From: the human T2T-CHM13v2.0 reference genome, Homo sapiens
Reading direction: 5' to 3' (one strand)
Assembly: GCF_009914755.1 (NCBI RefSeq)
Contig: NC_060927.1
Length of the DNA: 64,000 bases
The position numbers and the translations under genes were made by a program. Below, piece by piece: positions 1 through 14,270 of the stretch. Within the stretch, counting starts at the first letter, position 1; every line of letters begins with the position of its first letter. The notes under the pieces are model-generated. The model searched no databases, was not told the DNA's origin, and worked only from the letters and a program-made list of their open reading frames with translations.

Positions 1-89
1 ATAGTATTAACACAAGTACCACAACTGAGATGGAGATGCTGACGCAAGGAAGCCGAACTTGTGGAGAGTTCACCGGCTTTACATGAGCT

Positions 90-440
90 TGTGTGTGGGT
101 GTGCGTGTGTATTTTCTATGCAATGGCACCACATGTGAGTTAATGTGGCCACCACCACTGTCAAGATTCAGGACAGTTCATCACAAGGGTCCTTGTACTA
201 CCCTTTTTTTAAAGCTATGGTCACCTCTCTCTTCCCCCGACTCCCTGGCCATGGCAACCACTAATCTGTTCCCCGTTTCCAAGCTTTCATCATTTCCAGC
301 CTGTTATATAAATGGAATCATACAGTCTGTAACTTTCGGAGCTTGGCTTCTTTGCTCAGCAGAATCCCCCTGAGATCCAAGCAAGCTGCTGTACGTGCTG
401 ATAATCTGTTCCTTTTGATTGCTGAGTGGTATTTCATGGG
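90..440 (-). mobile_element. Old L1M 3'-end fragment
   Basis: 'ataaatggaatcatacagt...tggcttctttgctcagc...ttgctgagtggtatttcatgg' is typical of an antisense L1M 3' UTR. Confidence 0.6.
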
Positions 441-467
441 ACAGACAGACTGTCCCTCATGAGTTCA

Positions 468-549
468 ATTAGGTTGAACCAATGGAAACTGCTATTTTTG
501 AATGTCAAAAATGGTCAAATATGGGCAAGTTCATGCAGTTTAACCTAAT
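468..549. mobile_element. MADE2-like mariner MITE (~80 bp)
   Basis: Terminal inverted repeats attaggttgaacc...gtttaacctaat around a short spacer. Confidence 0.7.
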
Positions 550-552
550 GAG

Positions 553-629
553 ACTCCTGACCTCAAGTAATCCACCTGCCTTGGCCTCCCACAGTGCTGG
601 GATTACAGGTGTAAGCCACCATGCCCGGC
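553..629 (-). mobile_element. Alu left-arm fragment
   Basis: ctcctgacctcaag...gcctcccacagtgctgggattacaggtgtaagccaccatgcccggc. Confidence 0.85.
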
Positions 630-2159
630 TGTAACTGCGCCCGGTTGTAACACTGTTTCTGAGATTCATTCATGTTTATGGCTCTAGTGTGTTCCTTTTT
701 AACTGCTCTATAGATGCCATGATATGAATATGCTGCAAAGACTTATCCCTTCCCTGAGTGCCTCCCTTATTTCCTTCTCCCCTTCACACATTAGACACAC
801 AGTCTTTGGCACCTGCTTCATGCTGGCCCTGTGCCCGCCGCAGGGCCGTGTGAACACCATTAGCTCCTGTCCTGGAGACTCCCAGAACACCAGCTGCATC
901 TCCCCAGCACCTGTCACTTCCTCACATGGCTGCCCGAACACGGGCTGTTTCATGCCTCTGTGCCTTCACCTCTGCTGCTCCTCCCAGGTGGGTCCCTCTC
1001 CCTTCCCTGCCAGGCAAACTTCCTCTTGTCCTTTAAGGACCAGCTCAAATATCTCCTTGTTTTTGAAAACTGCCATGTGGGTCTTTCTTCCCCTGTGTAA
1101 ACAAGCTGAATTCTATTCCTCTCTGGGTTCTCAGGGTCAGTGCAAAGCCCAGCACACAGCAGGTGCTTATTAACTGTTTGCTAGATGGCTTAATGCAGAC
1201 CAGAGTGGTGGGGGAGACTGGTTAATGGTAAGGACGAGATGCCTCCATATGGGCACTGATGTTGGATTCACAGGAGGCTGTGAAAGTGCAGATTTGCAGG
1301 TGGCTCCCATGTGCACCCCCCAACCCCAATGCACACACCCACTCATGCCACTTAATAACATTGAGACAGGTGACTCAGGTGGAGCTGGCTTCAGGGGTGC
1401 TGAAAGACAACAGAGATAAACCCAAACTCTAGAGAGATTCTGAAGACGAAATAGCTATGAACACGCCTGTGTCCCCCTGAAGTACCAGATGAACCTCTCA
1501 CAAGGAGCCCTCTGCATCCTCGTCCTCAGTCTCCCTCATATTACCCAAAAGAGCAGCCCAGACAGGAAGAAGGTGGACTCAGGAAGATGTCAGCATGGAC
1601 TGGCTGTGCAGGGACAGGGAGGACCCTCTGTCAGCAACTGGATGTATCCCTGGCCTATTCTTCCCTCTTCTGCAGCTAGGGCTCGGGCCCAAAGAGCAGA
1701 CCCGATTCACATGGGGGGAATACAGGCATTGACACGCAGTGGTCCTGAGACCTGGGGATGCATAGGAAAAAAAAGAGCCTTTGAACCTAAACCAGGTCCT
1801 CAGTTTCCCCATCTGTAAGATGGAGAGGCTGGAGCACATGCTTTCTAGCTCAGAGAAATATCAACCCTCTCCTTAAAGTGGATGTGGTGAGGGAGGGTAG
1901 AGTGAGGAAGAACTGCAGGTCCCTTGGTGGATGGTACGGGGGCCGTGGATAGGGAGCAAGGCTCAGAGCACCTCCCCGGCTCCCATGGCCATACTGACCT
2001 AAGGCATCCTGTGCCTTGAAAAATGCCCCACTCCCAAGCTCTTTGATAGGTTTTACTAAGAAGCAGAGGAATATTTGACACAGCTTCCCATGTCTGAAGT
2101 TTGGGAAAATAAGTTCTAAGATCTTCCCTTTCTCTCTGCAGTATGCTGTTATTGTGTGC

Positions 2160-2212
2160 TATACATATATATACATATACATATATATATATATCTCACA
2201 CACACATATATA
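2160..2212. repeat. (TA)n/(CA)n microsatellite
   Basis: Directly visible. Confidence 0.85.
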
Positions 2213-2989
2213 TTTGCAATTTTATAATTAACTTTCTGTTGATTTCCAGAGTTTTATGTATTTTCCATAACAGTTTTTTCTCCCTCTACTAATGAAAGAA
2301 AATGACGACACAGAGGACTTAAATAAAAATGCCTAATTACTTATTTGCCCAAGAGAGCTGAGCAGTCCTGCCTGCAAAACACTCAGGATTTTATTACCCT
2401 CTGTGAAATATTTTAATTTTCCTCTAAAAGGATTTCAAACAATCCGTGGTTGCAAATGGCAGAGCTGCCTCCTCCGTAATTCAGTTTGTTTCCATGAACT
2501 TGAGCTCTGAAATTGCCTACGTGCATTACTAAGAATCAGGGACCCTCCCCTTTTCTCTTCTGGCTTTTTGAGATCCTGACAAACCCAGAAGTTTTGCTCC
2601 TGCTGTAAAATTTCCACGAGCCTTTTTATCTCCAGGGCTCCAACTCTGTAAGGGAGTTAAGGCATTGGTATTGTTCCTGTTTTGAGGGACGGAGAACAGG
2701 CCCTGGGGAGAAAAGGCACTTGCTCCTAGTCAGGGACCTGCAGAGGGTCAGGCCTGGGACTGCCCCAGAGCCCCTGATTCCAGTTCCAGCTTGGTCCAGC
2801 ACATTTCTTGGCATGGTGTTGGGCCTTTAGGGAATGCTGGGTGCAGCCATGGTCGTACCTTTGAGAGGACAATTCGTGCTCTTGTTTTGGGATGCTGGGA
2901 AGTGAATGGAGCTAAGATCAATGAATGATGACTTGAAGAGCTACACGTTACGGATAACATTTGCAAAAATGGGATTAAGAAAAACCATA

Positions 2990-3725
2990 GCATATATCAC
3001 CCATTAAGATGGCTACTGTTAAAAAAAAAAGAAACAAAAAATAATGTTGGTGAGGATGTGGAGAAACAGGAACTCCTGTGCACTATTGGTGGGAATCTAA
3101 AATGGTACAGCCACTATGGAAAACAGTATGGTAGTTCCTCAAAAAATTAAACATGAAATTACTATATGATCCAGAAAGTCTGATTCTGGGGAATATGCCC
3201 CAAATAATTGAAAACAGGTACTCAAAGAAATATTTGTATACTCATGTTCAAAGCAGCATTAATCACAAAGTCTAAGAGTTGGACACAACCAACGTGTCCA
3301 TCAACAGATGAATGGATAAACAAAATGTCATTTATCCATACAATGGACTATTACTCAACCTTAAAAAGGAGGGAAATTCTGATACATGCTACCACATGAA
3401 GGAATCTTGAGGACATTATGCTAAGTGAAATAAACCAGTCACAAAAGGACAGAAACTGTATGACTCAACTTTTATGAGTTACTGGAGCAGTCAGATTTAC
3501 AGACAGAAAGGAGAATGGTGGGTGCCAGACATGGGAGGAGAGGGGAATGGAAACTTACCATTTAATGGGTACAGAGTTTTAGTTTTGCAACCTGAAAAGA
3601 GTTCTGGAGATGAGTTGTACAACAATGTGAATGTACTTAATACTACTATATACTTGAAAATGGTCAAGTTTGTAAATTTTATGGTATATATATTTTATGC
3701 AAATTTTTAAAATAAAAAATAACTT
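2990..3725 (+). mobile_element. L1MB-like 3' fragment (end of ORF2 plus 3' UTR)
   Basis: tgttggtgaggatgtggagaaa...ccactatggaaaacagtatgg...gatgaatggataaacaaaatg...A-rich end; explains ORF 3208-3399. Confidence 0.85.
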
Positions 3726-3741
3726 AAAAAGCTCCTAAACA

Positions 3742-4286
<545 letters not shown>

Positions 4287-4902
4287 TCACCACTCTGCTG
4301 AGTTCTTCACGTGCATCACCTTATCATAGGCTCACAGCTGCCTACAAGGCAGGGGCTGCTCTTTCTCTCATTTTAGAGTCATGCACAACTGAGGCCGGGA
4401 GAGGCAAGGCTGCATGGCAAGGAAAGGTCTACTTGGCTAGGAGCCGAAGCAGGGGGTCTGGGCCCTGAGCCCGCAGAGCACCTCTCCCAGAAGCCTGCCT
4501 CTCTCCCTGGCAGAGACCACTGGCTCAGAGTCACCAGGGCAGGGCAGTTGGCCTCATTCATGCCCACATCCCCACCCCACCAATGCCATAGGGCCTCCAG
4601 TGAACATCTGTCCAGTGAATCAATGAATAATTTTGTGTTTGTGTGTGGGGTGCTGCCAACAGGACCCCAGGTGGCACGAAATTTTGGCAGAACTTGGTTC
4701 CCAGAATCATCCTCTAAAGGCCTGGCTTTTGAGGAGAGTGAGGTGGCTGTGCAGGGCCAGTGAGCCCTGGGGTCTTCCCCAGAGTGGGGGAGGGCAGGAG
4801 GTGGGTGCGGGTGTCCGGGACGACAGAAGCCCCCTGGAATGCAGAGGCGCTGCACTCCGGGAGAGTAGACCCCAGGAGCCTTCCCCAGCTCACCAGTGCA
4901 GA

Positions 4903-6215
4903 GTGTGTGTGTGTGTGTGTGATGCATGGGGTGTGTGTCTGTGGTGTGTGTATATGTGTAGTGTACTTGGTATGTGTGTGGTGTGTGTGTGTGTATATGA
5001 TGTGTTTGGTCTGTGTGTCTGTGGTATGTTTGGTGTGTGTGTGGTGCATGGTGTGCGTTTGTGTGGCAGGTGTGTTGTGCGCTGTATGTGTATGGTACGT
5101 ACTGTGTATAGTGTATGTGTTGTATGTGCTGTGTGTGTGTTGTATGTGCACAGTAGGTGGTGTACACGTGTTGTGTGTTTGATGTGTGTGATATGCGGTG
5201 TATATGTGTTGTGCAGTGTGTGTGATGAGTGGTGTGTATGGTGTATGTTGTATGTGTGTGGTGAGTGTTGTGTTTGTGTGTGATGAGTGGTGTGTGTGGT
5301 GTGTGTTGTATGTGCATGACATGTGTGGTCTGTGTGTTGTATGTGTGGTGAGTGGTATGTGTGATGTGTTTGTGACGTGTATTGTGTGTGGTGAGTGGTG
5401 TGTGTATGCTGTGTGTGGAGTGTTGTGTGTGGTGTTTTTTTGTGTGGTAATGTGGTATATGTGTGTTGTGTGTGATGAGTGGTGTATGTATTTTGTGTAT
5501 GTAGTGTGTGTTGTTATGTGCATGGTAGGTGCTGTATGTGTGTTATGTGTGTGATAAGTGATGTGTGTCATGAGTGGTGTATGTGTGCTGCCATGTGTTG
5601 TATGTGTGGTGTGTGTGATGTGTTGTCTGTTTTGTGAGTGTTGTGTGTGTGTTGTTATACGTGTGCTGTATGTGGTGTGTGTAGTGAGTGGTATGCGTGG
5701 TGTATGTTGTATGTGCATGGTAGGTGGTGTATGTGTGTGGTGTGTTGTATGTGTTATATGTGTGGTAAGTGTTGTGTGTGTGTTGTATGTGTGTGGTAGG
5801 TGGTAGGTGGTATATGTGTGTTGTGTGTTTGTGTGATGTGTGTGTTGTGTGTGTGGTAGGTGGTATGTGTGCTGTGTGTTTGCATGATGGGTGTGGTGAG
5901 TGGTGTGTTGTGTTGTGTGTGCATGATGGGTGGTGTATGTGTGGTCTGTGTGATGAGTGGTGTGTTTTGTGTATGTGGTGTGTGTTGTATGTGTGTCGTA
6001 GGTGTTGTGTGTGTGTTGTGTGTTGTATGTGTGTGGTAAGTGGTATATGTGTGTTGTGTGTTTGTGTGATGTGTGTGTTGTGTGTTGTGTGTGTGGTAGG
6101 TGGTGTATGTGTGTTGTGTGTTTGCGTGATGTGTGTGGTGAGTGGTGTGTATTGTGTGCTGGATGTGCATGATGGGTGGTGTATGTGTGGTGTGTGTGTA
6201 TGTGTCACTGTGTGC
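4903..6215. repeat. ~1.3-kb degenerate (TG)-rich simple repeat; CA-rich on the transcript strand
   Basis: Almost only T and G with scattered A; recurring subunits such as gtgtgatgagtggtgt, tgcatggtaggtgg and gtgttgtatgtg. Confidence 0.95.
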
Positions 6216-8199
6216 ATATCAGGGTGAAAGGACTAACAGCTCTGTTCAAAACTGGAATTCCCCATCTGGAGTGATTTCCTTTAAACTCTTCTTCCAGAGA
6301 CGGTGTTCGCCAAAAAAACCAAAAGCAAAACCCTTGTTGAATTCGACACCCAGGCCCCTGCTGTTTCACATACCCCAGGGCCCACCTCCGGACCTCAGTG
6401 CCCTGCTAAGTCCCTTCCAGTATCTTCCACACCTTCTGACCCTCTTGGCTTGGCAGGAGCCCAGTCTCAGGGTATGGCCTGGCTTAGGGGGACTTTGAGG
6501 CTCACTCGAATATTAGATCGAGCCCTGGGTTTGGTCTCAGGAGATCTGAATTCAAGGGCTGTCTCTGCTTCCCCCCTTCCCCTTTCTCCTCGGCCCTCCC
6601 TACTATCTGCTAGGTTTTAAGATTTATGGGAAATACAGCACAGCCAACCCTCCTCCCTTCTGGGGTTATTGGCCTCGTGGCCACCTCCATGTAGAATGGG
6701 GTGTACTGGGGACCTGGGGCTTCACCAGGCGAAGCTTGGCTTATCTATTCAGGAAAACCATCCTGCAGGGGGAATCCTTCCTTCAGAACCACTTCGGGGG
6801 CTCCAGGGAGATTTGTTTTTCTCTCAATAGCTTATGTTTCAGAAATACGCCATAAACTCCCAACAGTTCAGCTCCGCAAGTGCCCATCCTCAGTTTAATA
6901 GTTCAAATGTCAACTGCAGTATCAACCTCCTCTAAAAGAGGTCTAGTGAAGTAGAAAATGTAAGTCCGCTCGGGTGGTTCCAGTACACAGAACAGACATG
7001 GGCAGAACAGGGGGATGTTTTCCCAAGGAAGCGTGGTGCCTCCAGAGGTCGAGGAAAGAGCTATTTCCATCTGAAAGCTCAGCTGTGGCTCGGAGGAGCA
7101 GCAGGACAGCCAGAGCTGCTAGTGGAAGTCTTGACGTACAAAGCACCGCAGACCACAAAGGGAATCTGAGGGTGTGCCAGGGTTTCTGAGGCAGGGAAGC
7201 AATTTCTGACTAAAAGATGATTCACACAGCTTCCCTCAGAGGGCAAGTTTAGTTACTGATGATTAGAAATAAGAATGGAAAGAAAAAAGGCTCTGCCATT
7301 CTCAGAAAGGATGGGGCACAGGGTGGGGCTGGGCCCCTGAGAGGCCTCCCAGCCTGCAGCCTCAGCCCTCACACCACCCTCCTCCACCCGTGCCTGGGGT
7401 GGTTCTTCTGAGCGCTGGGAGGAGAAAGCCCATTAGGGGCTTATTTGCTACCACTGGCTCCCCCCATTTCTCCCAGCCTCACCTCTTGTCATTCTGGCCC
7501 TGCAGAAATGCCCAGGCCACAAATCACCATGTTTCCTAAGTGAGCTACACATCTTAAGATCTCTGGGCCTTTGCAGGGTTGTGCCCCCTGCCTGGAATAC
7601 TCTTGCCCCCTGCCTGCTTGGTGAATTCCTCCAGAATTCTCTGGGCCCAGCTCTGCCACTTGGTGGTGAGCAGCGACCCTGGTAGGTTCCCTTCTGTTTC
7701 TGCAGCGCGGTTTTCCTAGCTGCGAGATGGGAATGGTCCTATTTGGCCAGCTGATCTGAAGGGGATGTTGAGGGTCAAGAAAGACAGTGGCTGGCATAGC
7801 AAACTACAGAGGGGAAAGCTCAGAAAGAGCAGCAGAGGGAAACAGAGTAATGACTGCCATGGATGAGCACCTGCCTGCTCTGTGTCAAGTACTGTGCAGG
7901 GTGCTGTACACACCTCAGTTCGTCTAAGCTTCACAACAGCCCTCGGACAAACAGCCTCATGGCAGAGGTGTGGCTCTGCCCTGAGTGGCAGGGACCTGGG
8001 CCTGGGCTTGGGATTGTACAGATCTGGGTTCCAATCCTGGCTTGGCCTCAGATCTGCTCGGGTACTCTCGGCATGTGGCTTAACTGCTCCAACTGCAGGG
8101 TCCTTATCTACGCATTGGGGTGTGGTGTCACCCACTCTGTGGGTTGTCATACAAAGCAAGGTAGGGAAAGCACTCAGCATTGAGCCTAGCTAAGTAAAT

Positions 8200-8350
8200 G
8201 TTAGCAATAATGATATGCTCACTTTATAGACTGAAAAACAGAGGCTCAGAGAGGTTAAGTAACTGGCTCAGGATCACACAGGTGATGAGTGTTGGGGCTG
8301 GGATATGAACCTGGTCTGTCGGACTTTAGAGCCAAACCTCTTAACCATTG
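8200..8350 (-). mobile_element. MIR SINE
   Basis: gaaaaacagaggctcagagaggttaagtaactggctcaggatcacacagg core. Confidence 0.75.
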
Positions 8351-8756
8351 CTTCCTGAGCTAGGTATTGGAACACCTGGATTCTAACGTCACTAACCCAT
8401 GGGGTGACTTGGGACAAATCCCTTCCCATTTCTCAGAGTAAACTGAGGGGGCTGAACTAGGTGGTCTCTACGGTTTGTGAGTCTTGTAGACCTTGCAATC
8501 TATCCTTGCAAATACTCTTTTTTTTTTTCAGTAAAAGACATCGGCTAATTGGGAGGTCTATGGATCAATGCTGCCTGGATGGCTGAGGGTAGTTGTGGAA
8601 GAGACCAGCTCAACAAGCTGGAGGTAGTGAGAGAGCACTGGTATGGGCCATGGGACTGGATCCAAGGCCAACTTCCTGCCTCTTGCTGCCATACAAGAAC
8701 AAAAAATTAGAAGGTAGAGACATCAGTCCTGCCTTAAGACTCCTATAAATTCATAG

Positions 8757-9255
8757 TCACCCATCCACCCATTCACATATTCATCCATCCATTCGTCCAT
8801 TCATCCATCCATCTATTCATCCACCATTCCATTCCATCAAGCAATCAACACATCTACCCATCCCATCCCATCCATCCACCCATCCACCTACCAGCCAATA
8901 TATCCATGCATCCACTCATCCATCCGCCAATGAACACATCCATCCATCCATTTACCAACCATCACATCCACCCATCCATCCATCTATTCATCCATCCACC
9001 CATCCATCCACCTAACCGCCATCCATCTGTCCATCCACCCATCCACCCATCTATTCATCCACCCACTCATCCATACACCCATCCATGCATTCATCCATCA
9101 ATCCATCCATCCACTCATTCATCCATCCACCCATCCATCTACCTACCCACCACTCATCCATCCATCCCCCCTTCTCCCTACCTATCCCTCATCTCATTGA
9201 TTGCTCATCAACACATTTATCCATCAGTCCATTCACTTACATCACCCATCCACCC
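8757..9255. repeat. ~500-bp degenerate (CCAT)n tetranucleotide repeat
   Basis: ccatccatccacccatcc... directly visible; produces the spurious HP-rich ORFs. Confidence 0.95.
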
Positions 9256-11358
9256 AGCACTTCCCAAAAGTCTATCCAAGGGGGATGAGAGAAGACTCAG
9301 CTGTCTCCTGCTCTTAAAAAGCCCACAGCCTGGCATCAGACAGCAAGAAGACACAGAGGAACTGGCCTCCTTGTGGAGGGGGAAATACAGCATATGGGAG
9401 CCCAGCCCTGCCCAGGGTCTTATTTTCCCAGTCTAGGCTCATTTCCCAATTAAAGCTGATGGGTAGTGAAGCTGGTGGACATTGCATGCCCTTCCTGCCC
9501 TGTCTCCTCTTGTATGGGTTCAGAATGTCCTGCAATCTAGATTTCCTGTCCTGGTTTGGAGGGTGGCCGGATGTCTGCCCTGAGCAGAGCAGCTTGGGCC
9601 TCTTCTCAGTCTTCATCTGAACCTAGAAAGGGGAGCCCCTGAGAGGCTTTTTGCCCCACATGGCTGGCAGGCCCTGGCTGTGAATCTCACCTTCTGGACC
9701 CCAGACCTTTCTTCCCAAGCAGACCGTAGGCTAGAGGTGCTGCAGGGTTGGTATCTATGACCAAAAACCTAGTCTGGACATCAGACTCAGCAGCTAGCTT
9801 TAGGGCATCCATGGGTCAGTTTTGCTGCTAATTGGCTGAATGGTTTTGGGCAATAGCCTTTCCCTCTCTAGCCCTGATGTCTCTGCTCTCTTTATTTGTT
9901 AACCTCTGCATTGCTACAAATGGAATCCTCTTTCGGTGGGTGATTTTATTGCTGAATAACAACAATACTAGTCATACTGAGTGCTGTGTGCCGAGCACTT
10001 TCCATTAACTAACTCACTTTATCCTCACAACAATCCAAGATTCTCCCCCTCCCCTAGGAAACTGAGGCACCAAGAGGTTAAATAATTTGTTTATATTCAT
10101 ACAGCTGGTGAGGGATTTGAACGAAGGCAGTCTGGCTCCAGAGTCCAAGTTTTAACCACTACCCAGTCACACAGAGGCTCTGCTGTCCTTCCCACATCGA
10201 CGGCTGTCAGCTCCCAGCAAAGAGAATAATGTGGCCAGGGAACTTACAAGAAAGACCCAGAAAGACAGGCGCAGGTATCTATGATGCCAGGGTTCCAGGC
10301 ACAGAGGGGACTCTGGTGTCTGAGAGGTAAGGGATCTGGCCTGGGTTACAAACCAAGGACCCCAGTTCCCAGGTCCCTGACCTCCTCAGATGGACCGACT
10401 GACCCCTGTCCTTTATGCCACCTGAAAAGACTCAATCCACCAACATCTGGAAATGACATTTCAGCTTTGCCTCCAGTGCTAAAAAGCACTGCTTAATTGA
10501 GACTCATCACTGTGGAGAGGTTTCCTCAGCCTTCCTGGCAGATCCCAAGAATTCTTTTTGACTATAATTGCATTACACACATCTCAATCCAAGCCCACCC
10601 CACAGGGCTGTGCCCACATGGCTGAAGCCCGTTCTGGGAATCGCCCTGTTCCCCTCTCTGCCAGGTCTGCAGGAGGAGATCATTATCAGCATCCCAGTTA
10701 TTTTAGGAAGTCCTGGGGAGCAGAATAAAGCATCGCTGATCTCCCTTGATTCCCAAATTGGGTGGGGTGGGGGAAGAAGACAAAAACGTCGTCATGTTTG
10801 GCATCACCGCCAGGGTTCTCTATCACTGTCTGCATGGGTCCTCTGACCTACTTTCCCCGTTGTCAGTTCTGCCTCCCTTAGCCTGCTGCTCCAGGATGAT
10901 GCGGGTGGCTGCTCAGCTGCTGTGGAGGGTGCAGGAGCCGCCTCCTCCTCCTTCCCCTACCAGCCCTTGGCTCTTTGCTGCTGACTCACGCTCTCTTCCC
11001 CATTTCGATAAAGCTGCTAGCAGCTCCTACAAACCCAGCCTGATCGAGAAGGTTGCAGCTGGCTCAGGGGCAGAAGGAGGAGGAGGTCAGGGCTCAGCAC
11101 ATTGGGAGGGTAAACAAAAAAGCTTAGCTGATCACCCAGATGCTCTCAAGGCAGAAACGTTCTACATCTGGGAGCTGATGGACATCTGGATGGATGAAGT
11201 TTGGGTTTCTCTTCATCTAGTGCTGAGGCAACCTGTGCTTCTAAACCAGATAGGGTTTACAGCATGGTGAGTCTAGACAGCTTAGCTGAGACAGTAGGTT
11301 GAGAGTTTTTCTTATCAAAATGAATAATATTACTACTATTAGCAACAACAACATCATC

Positions 11359-11870
11359 AGTGGTAGACTGTGAAAATGGCCACAATTATTCTCCTTTCTG
11401 AATCCATGTCCTTACAGCACCTCTCATCAAGAGGTGAAGTTTATTTTACCACTGTGTGAATCTGGGCTGGCCTCCTGACTTACACTGGCCAAGAGAATGC
11501 AGCAAAAAGTGATAACGTGGCGGTTCAGGCCTCAAGAGACTTGCACACTTCTGTCCTCTCTCAAAGGCCTGTTGTCGCCATGTGAACAAGCCCAGGCTAG
11601 CCTGCTGGAGGAGGTGAGACCACACAGGGCAGGGATGAGCCAGCCCAGCTGAGGCCATGCCAAGTCAGCCTACAGTTCTGCCAAGATCAGAGGAGATGTC
11701 CACATGAACCCCCACAGATGCAGGAGGAAGCCTAGCTGAGACCAGAAGAACCATCCAGCTGAACCCAGCTTGAATTGCTGACTCACAGGACTTTGAGTGA
11801 AATACACAGGTTTGTTTCAAGCCACTAAGTTTTGGAGTAGTTTGCTATGCAGCAAAAGCACACTAATGAA
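11359..11870 (+). mobile_element. MLT1 (ERVL-MaLR) solo LTR, F/G/H-like
   Basis: tggtagactgtgaaaatggcc start; ccatgtgaacaagcccaggctagcctgctggag; end aagccactaagttttggagtagtttgctatgcagcaa. Confidence 0.8.
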
Positions 11871-12053
11871 TGTTTGTCTGTGTGTGGGCAGGGGGAGTGG
11901 GGGTTCAACGACAGGATTTAAAAAGCATAATTAACAATAAAGGTTTCTTTGTCACACAAACATTGTAGCAATATTAATAGTATATTAACTCAAACAGAAA
12001 CATGTTGCTTACTATCTGACCATACCAAAATATATTAGCAGGATTTGAGACTA

Positions 12054-12590
<537 letters not shown>

Positions 12591-13759
12591 TTAGTATCTG
12601 AACCATTTAAAGGACTCAGTTAATTGAATTTATTAATTTGGATTACAGAAGTAATCTACATTCTTTACGGGAAGAAGGGGGAAAGATAAATAAGGTTGGT
12701 TCCCTCTCTGAGTACTTTAAGTATTTTTCTCTTATAGACTAACATAAGTAACTATTCCTTATTTGGTCATGAATTTTCTCAAACCTATTATCTTTCACTG
12801 GCGCCTGGCTTTCATTCTCATTTTAATTTTACCAAAAGTAAATAAATTAGGATACAGGAAAATATCTGGAAAAATATCAAAGTATTAATGTCATTATTGC
12901 TAAGTGATAGAATTACAGATTTTTGTCTTTTCTATGACTAACATATATCACTTGCATAATAAAAACCACACATTTCTTTAAAAAAATACACAAAAGGGAA
13001 AAAGAAAACATATCAACTATTAGCTACCATCCAGAACTAGGTACATCTTGTATATCAACATCCTTTTTTTTTGAAATTTATAACAAAAATGGAATATTCC
13101 TATACACAATATTTTCTTCTATCTGCCTTCTTTTCTCTCTGGCCCAACTCCACACTCATACCTTCTTCTAGGCTCTCAAACAAGTAATGCAAATGAAGTA
13201 ATTCTCAAGGAAATACTGTTCTTCATGCAGGCCCTCCTGACATAGTAGCTGAATCAGATGGAGTTCTAGGCTGTGCCTAGGAATTTGATTTCCTTTATTT
13301 TTGCTCCTCATTATAACTCTTTATAACCAGGGTAAAAAAGAATAATAATTTTAATAGAGCTTTATGTTACTAAAAATGAGTATTAGTAGGATTATATTCT
13401 CTGGCAGTTTCTCCTACTATAACTTGTGATAATAGTAATAATAAACGCACGTTGAATGATCAACAGCAACTTGAATTTGCAACATGTTACAGTTTGCAAA
13501 GCCTTGTTGTGAATTACTTCTTGTCCGATGTTTTAAGAATTCTGTGGCACAGGAAAGGATTCTGGTAATCCATTTTGGCAACTGAAGAAATCTAGGCAAA
13601 GTGACCTGACCAGGATCACACACCCGGAGGGGTTTAAAGCTGGGATTTGAACCTACCTCCGTTTAACCTCACAGCCTGGACCTTTCTATTGGGCCTCAGC
13701 CCACCTGTACTCTTTGAAGAGGGTTTGTCTGTTGGGCTCAAGAATCTTTAAGTCCTTAC

Positions 13760-14270
13760 TATCCAATACGGTAGTCACATGTATTGTGACTACACCTATA
13801 GGGTACTGAGCACTTGAAATGTGGCTATTCTGAAGTGAAATGTGCTGTGAGTGCAAAATATACATCAGATTTAGAGGATATTTTGAAAAAATGTAAAAGT
13901 AGTAGTTCATTTATAATTTTTATAGTGATCACACATTGGATTGATAATAAGTTGGATAATAATGTTGGATTTGACATACTGGGTTAAGTACATTATTAAA
14001 ATTAACTTCACTGGTTTCTTTTTCCTTTTTTAAAATAATGTAGCTACTAGGAATTTTTTCTTCTTTTTTAAAAAATTATTTTATTTTGTAGAGATGGGGT
14101 CTCACTATTTGCCCAAGCTGATCTTGAACTTCCGGGCTCAAGCGATCCTCTTGCCTCGGCCTCTGAAAGTGCTGGGGATTACAGGCATGAGTCACCACGT
14201 CTGGCTGCTACTAGGAAACTTAAAATTGCACACGTGGCTCACATTCTGTCTCTTTTTGGGCAGTGCTGAT
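13760..14270. mobile_element. MER33/MER3-like hAT-Charlie element interrupted by a FLAM-type Alu monomer
   Basis: tccaatacggtag...ctgagcacttgaaatgtggcta; monomer at ~14055-14205 (-) flanked by the TSD gctactaggaa. Confidence 0.75.

Noticed and set aside
4379-6227. Long His/Thr- or Cys/Val-rich ORFs (up to 334 aa) on both strands
   Set aside because: They are translations of the TG/CA simple repeat, which is naturally poor in stop codons.
8906-9436. 176-aa His/Pro-rich ORF
   Set aside because: Translation of the (CCAT)n repeat.
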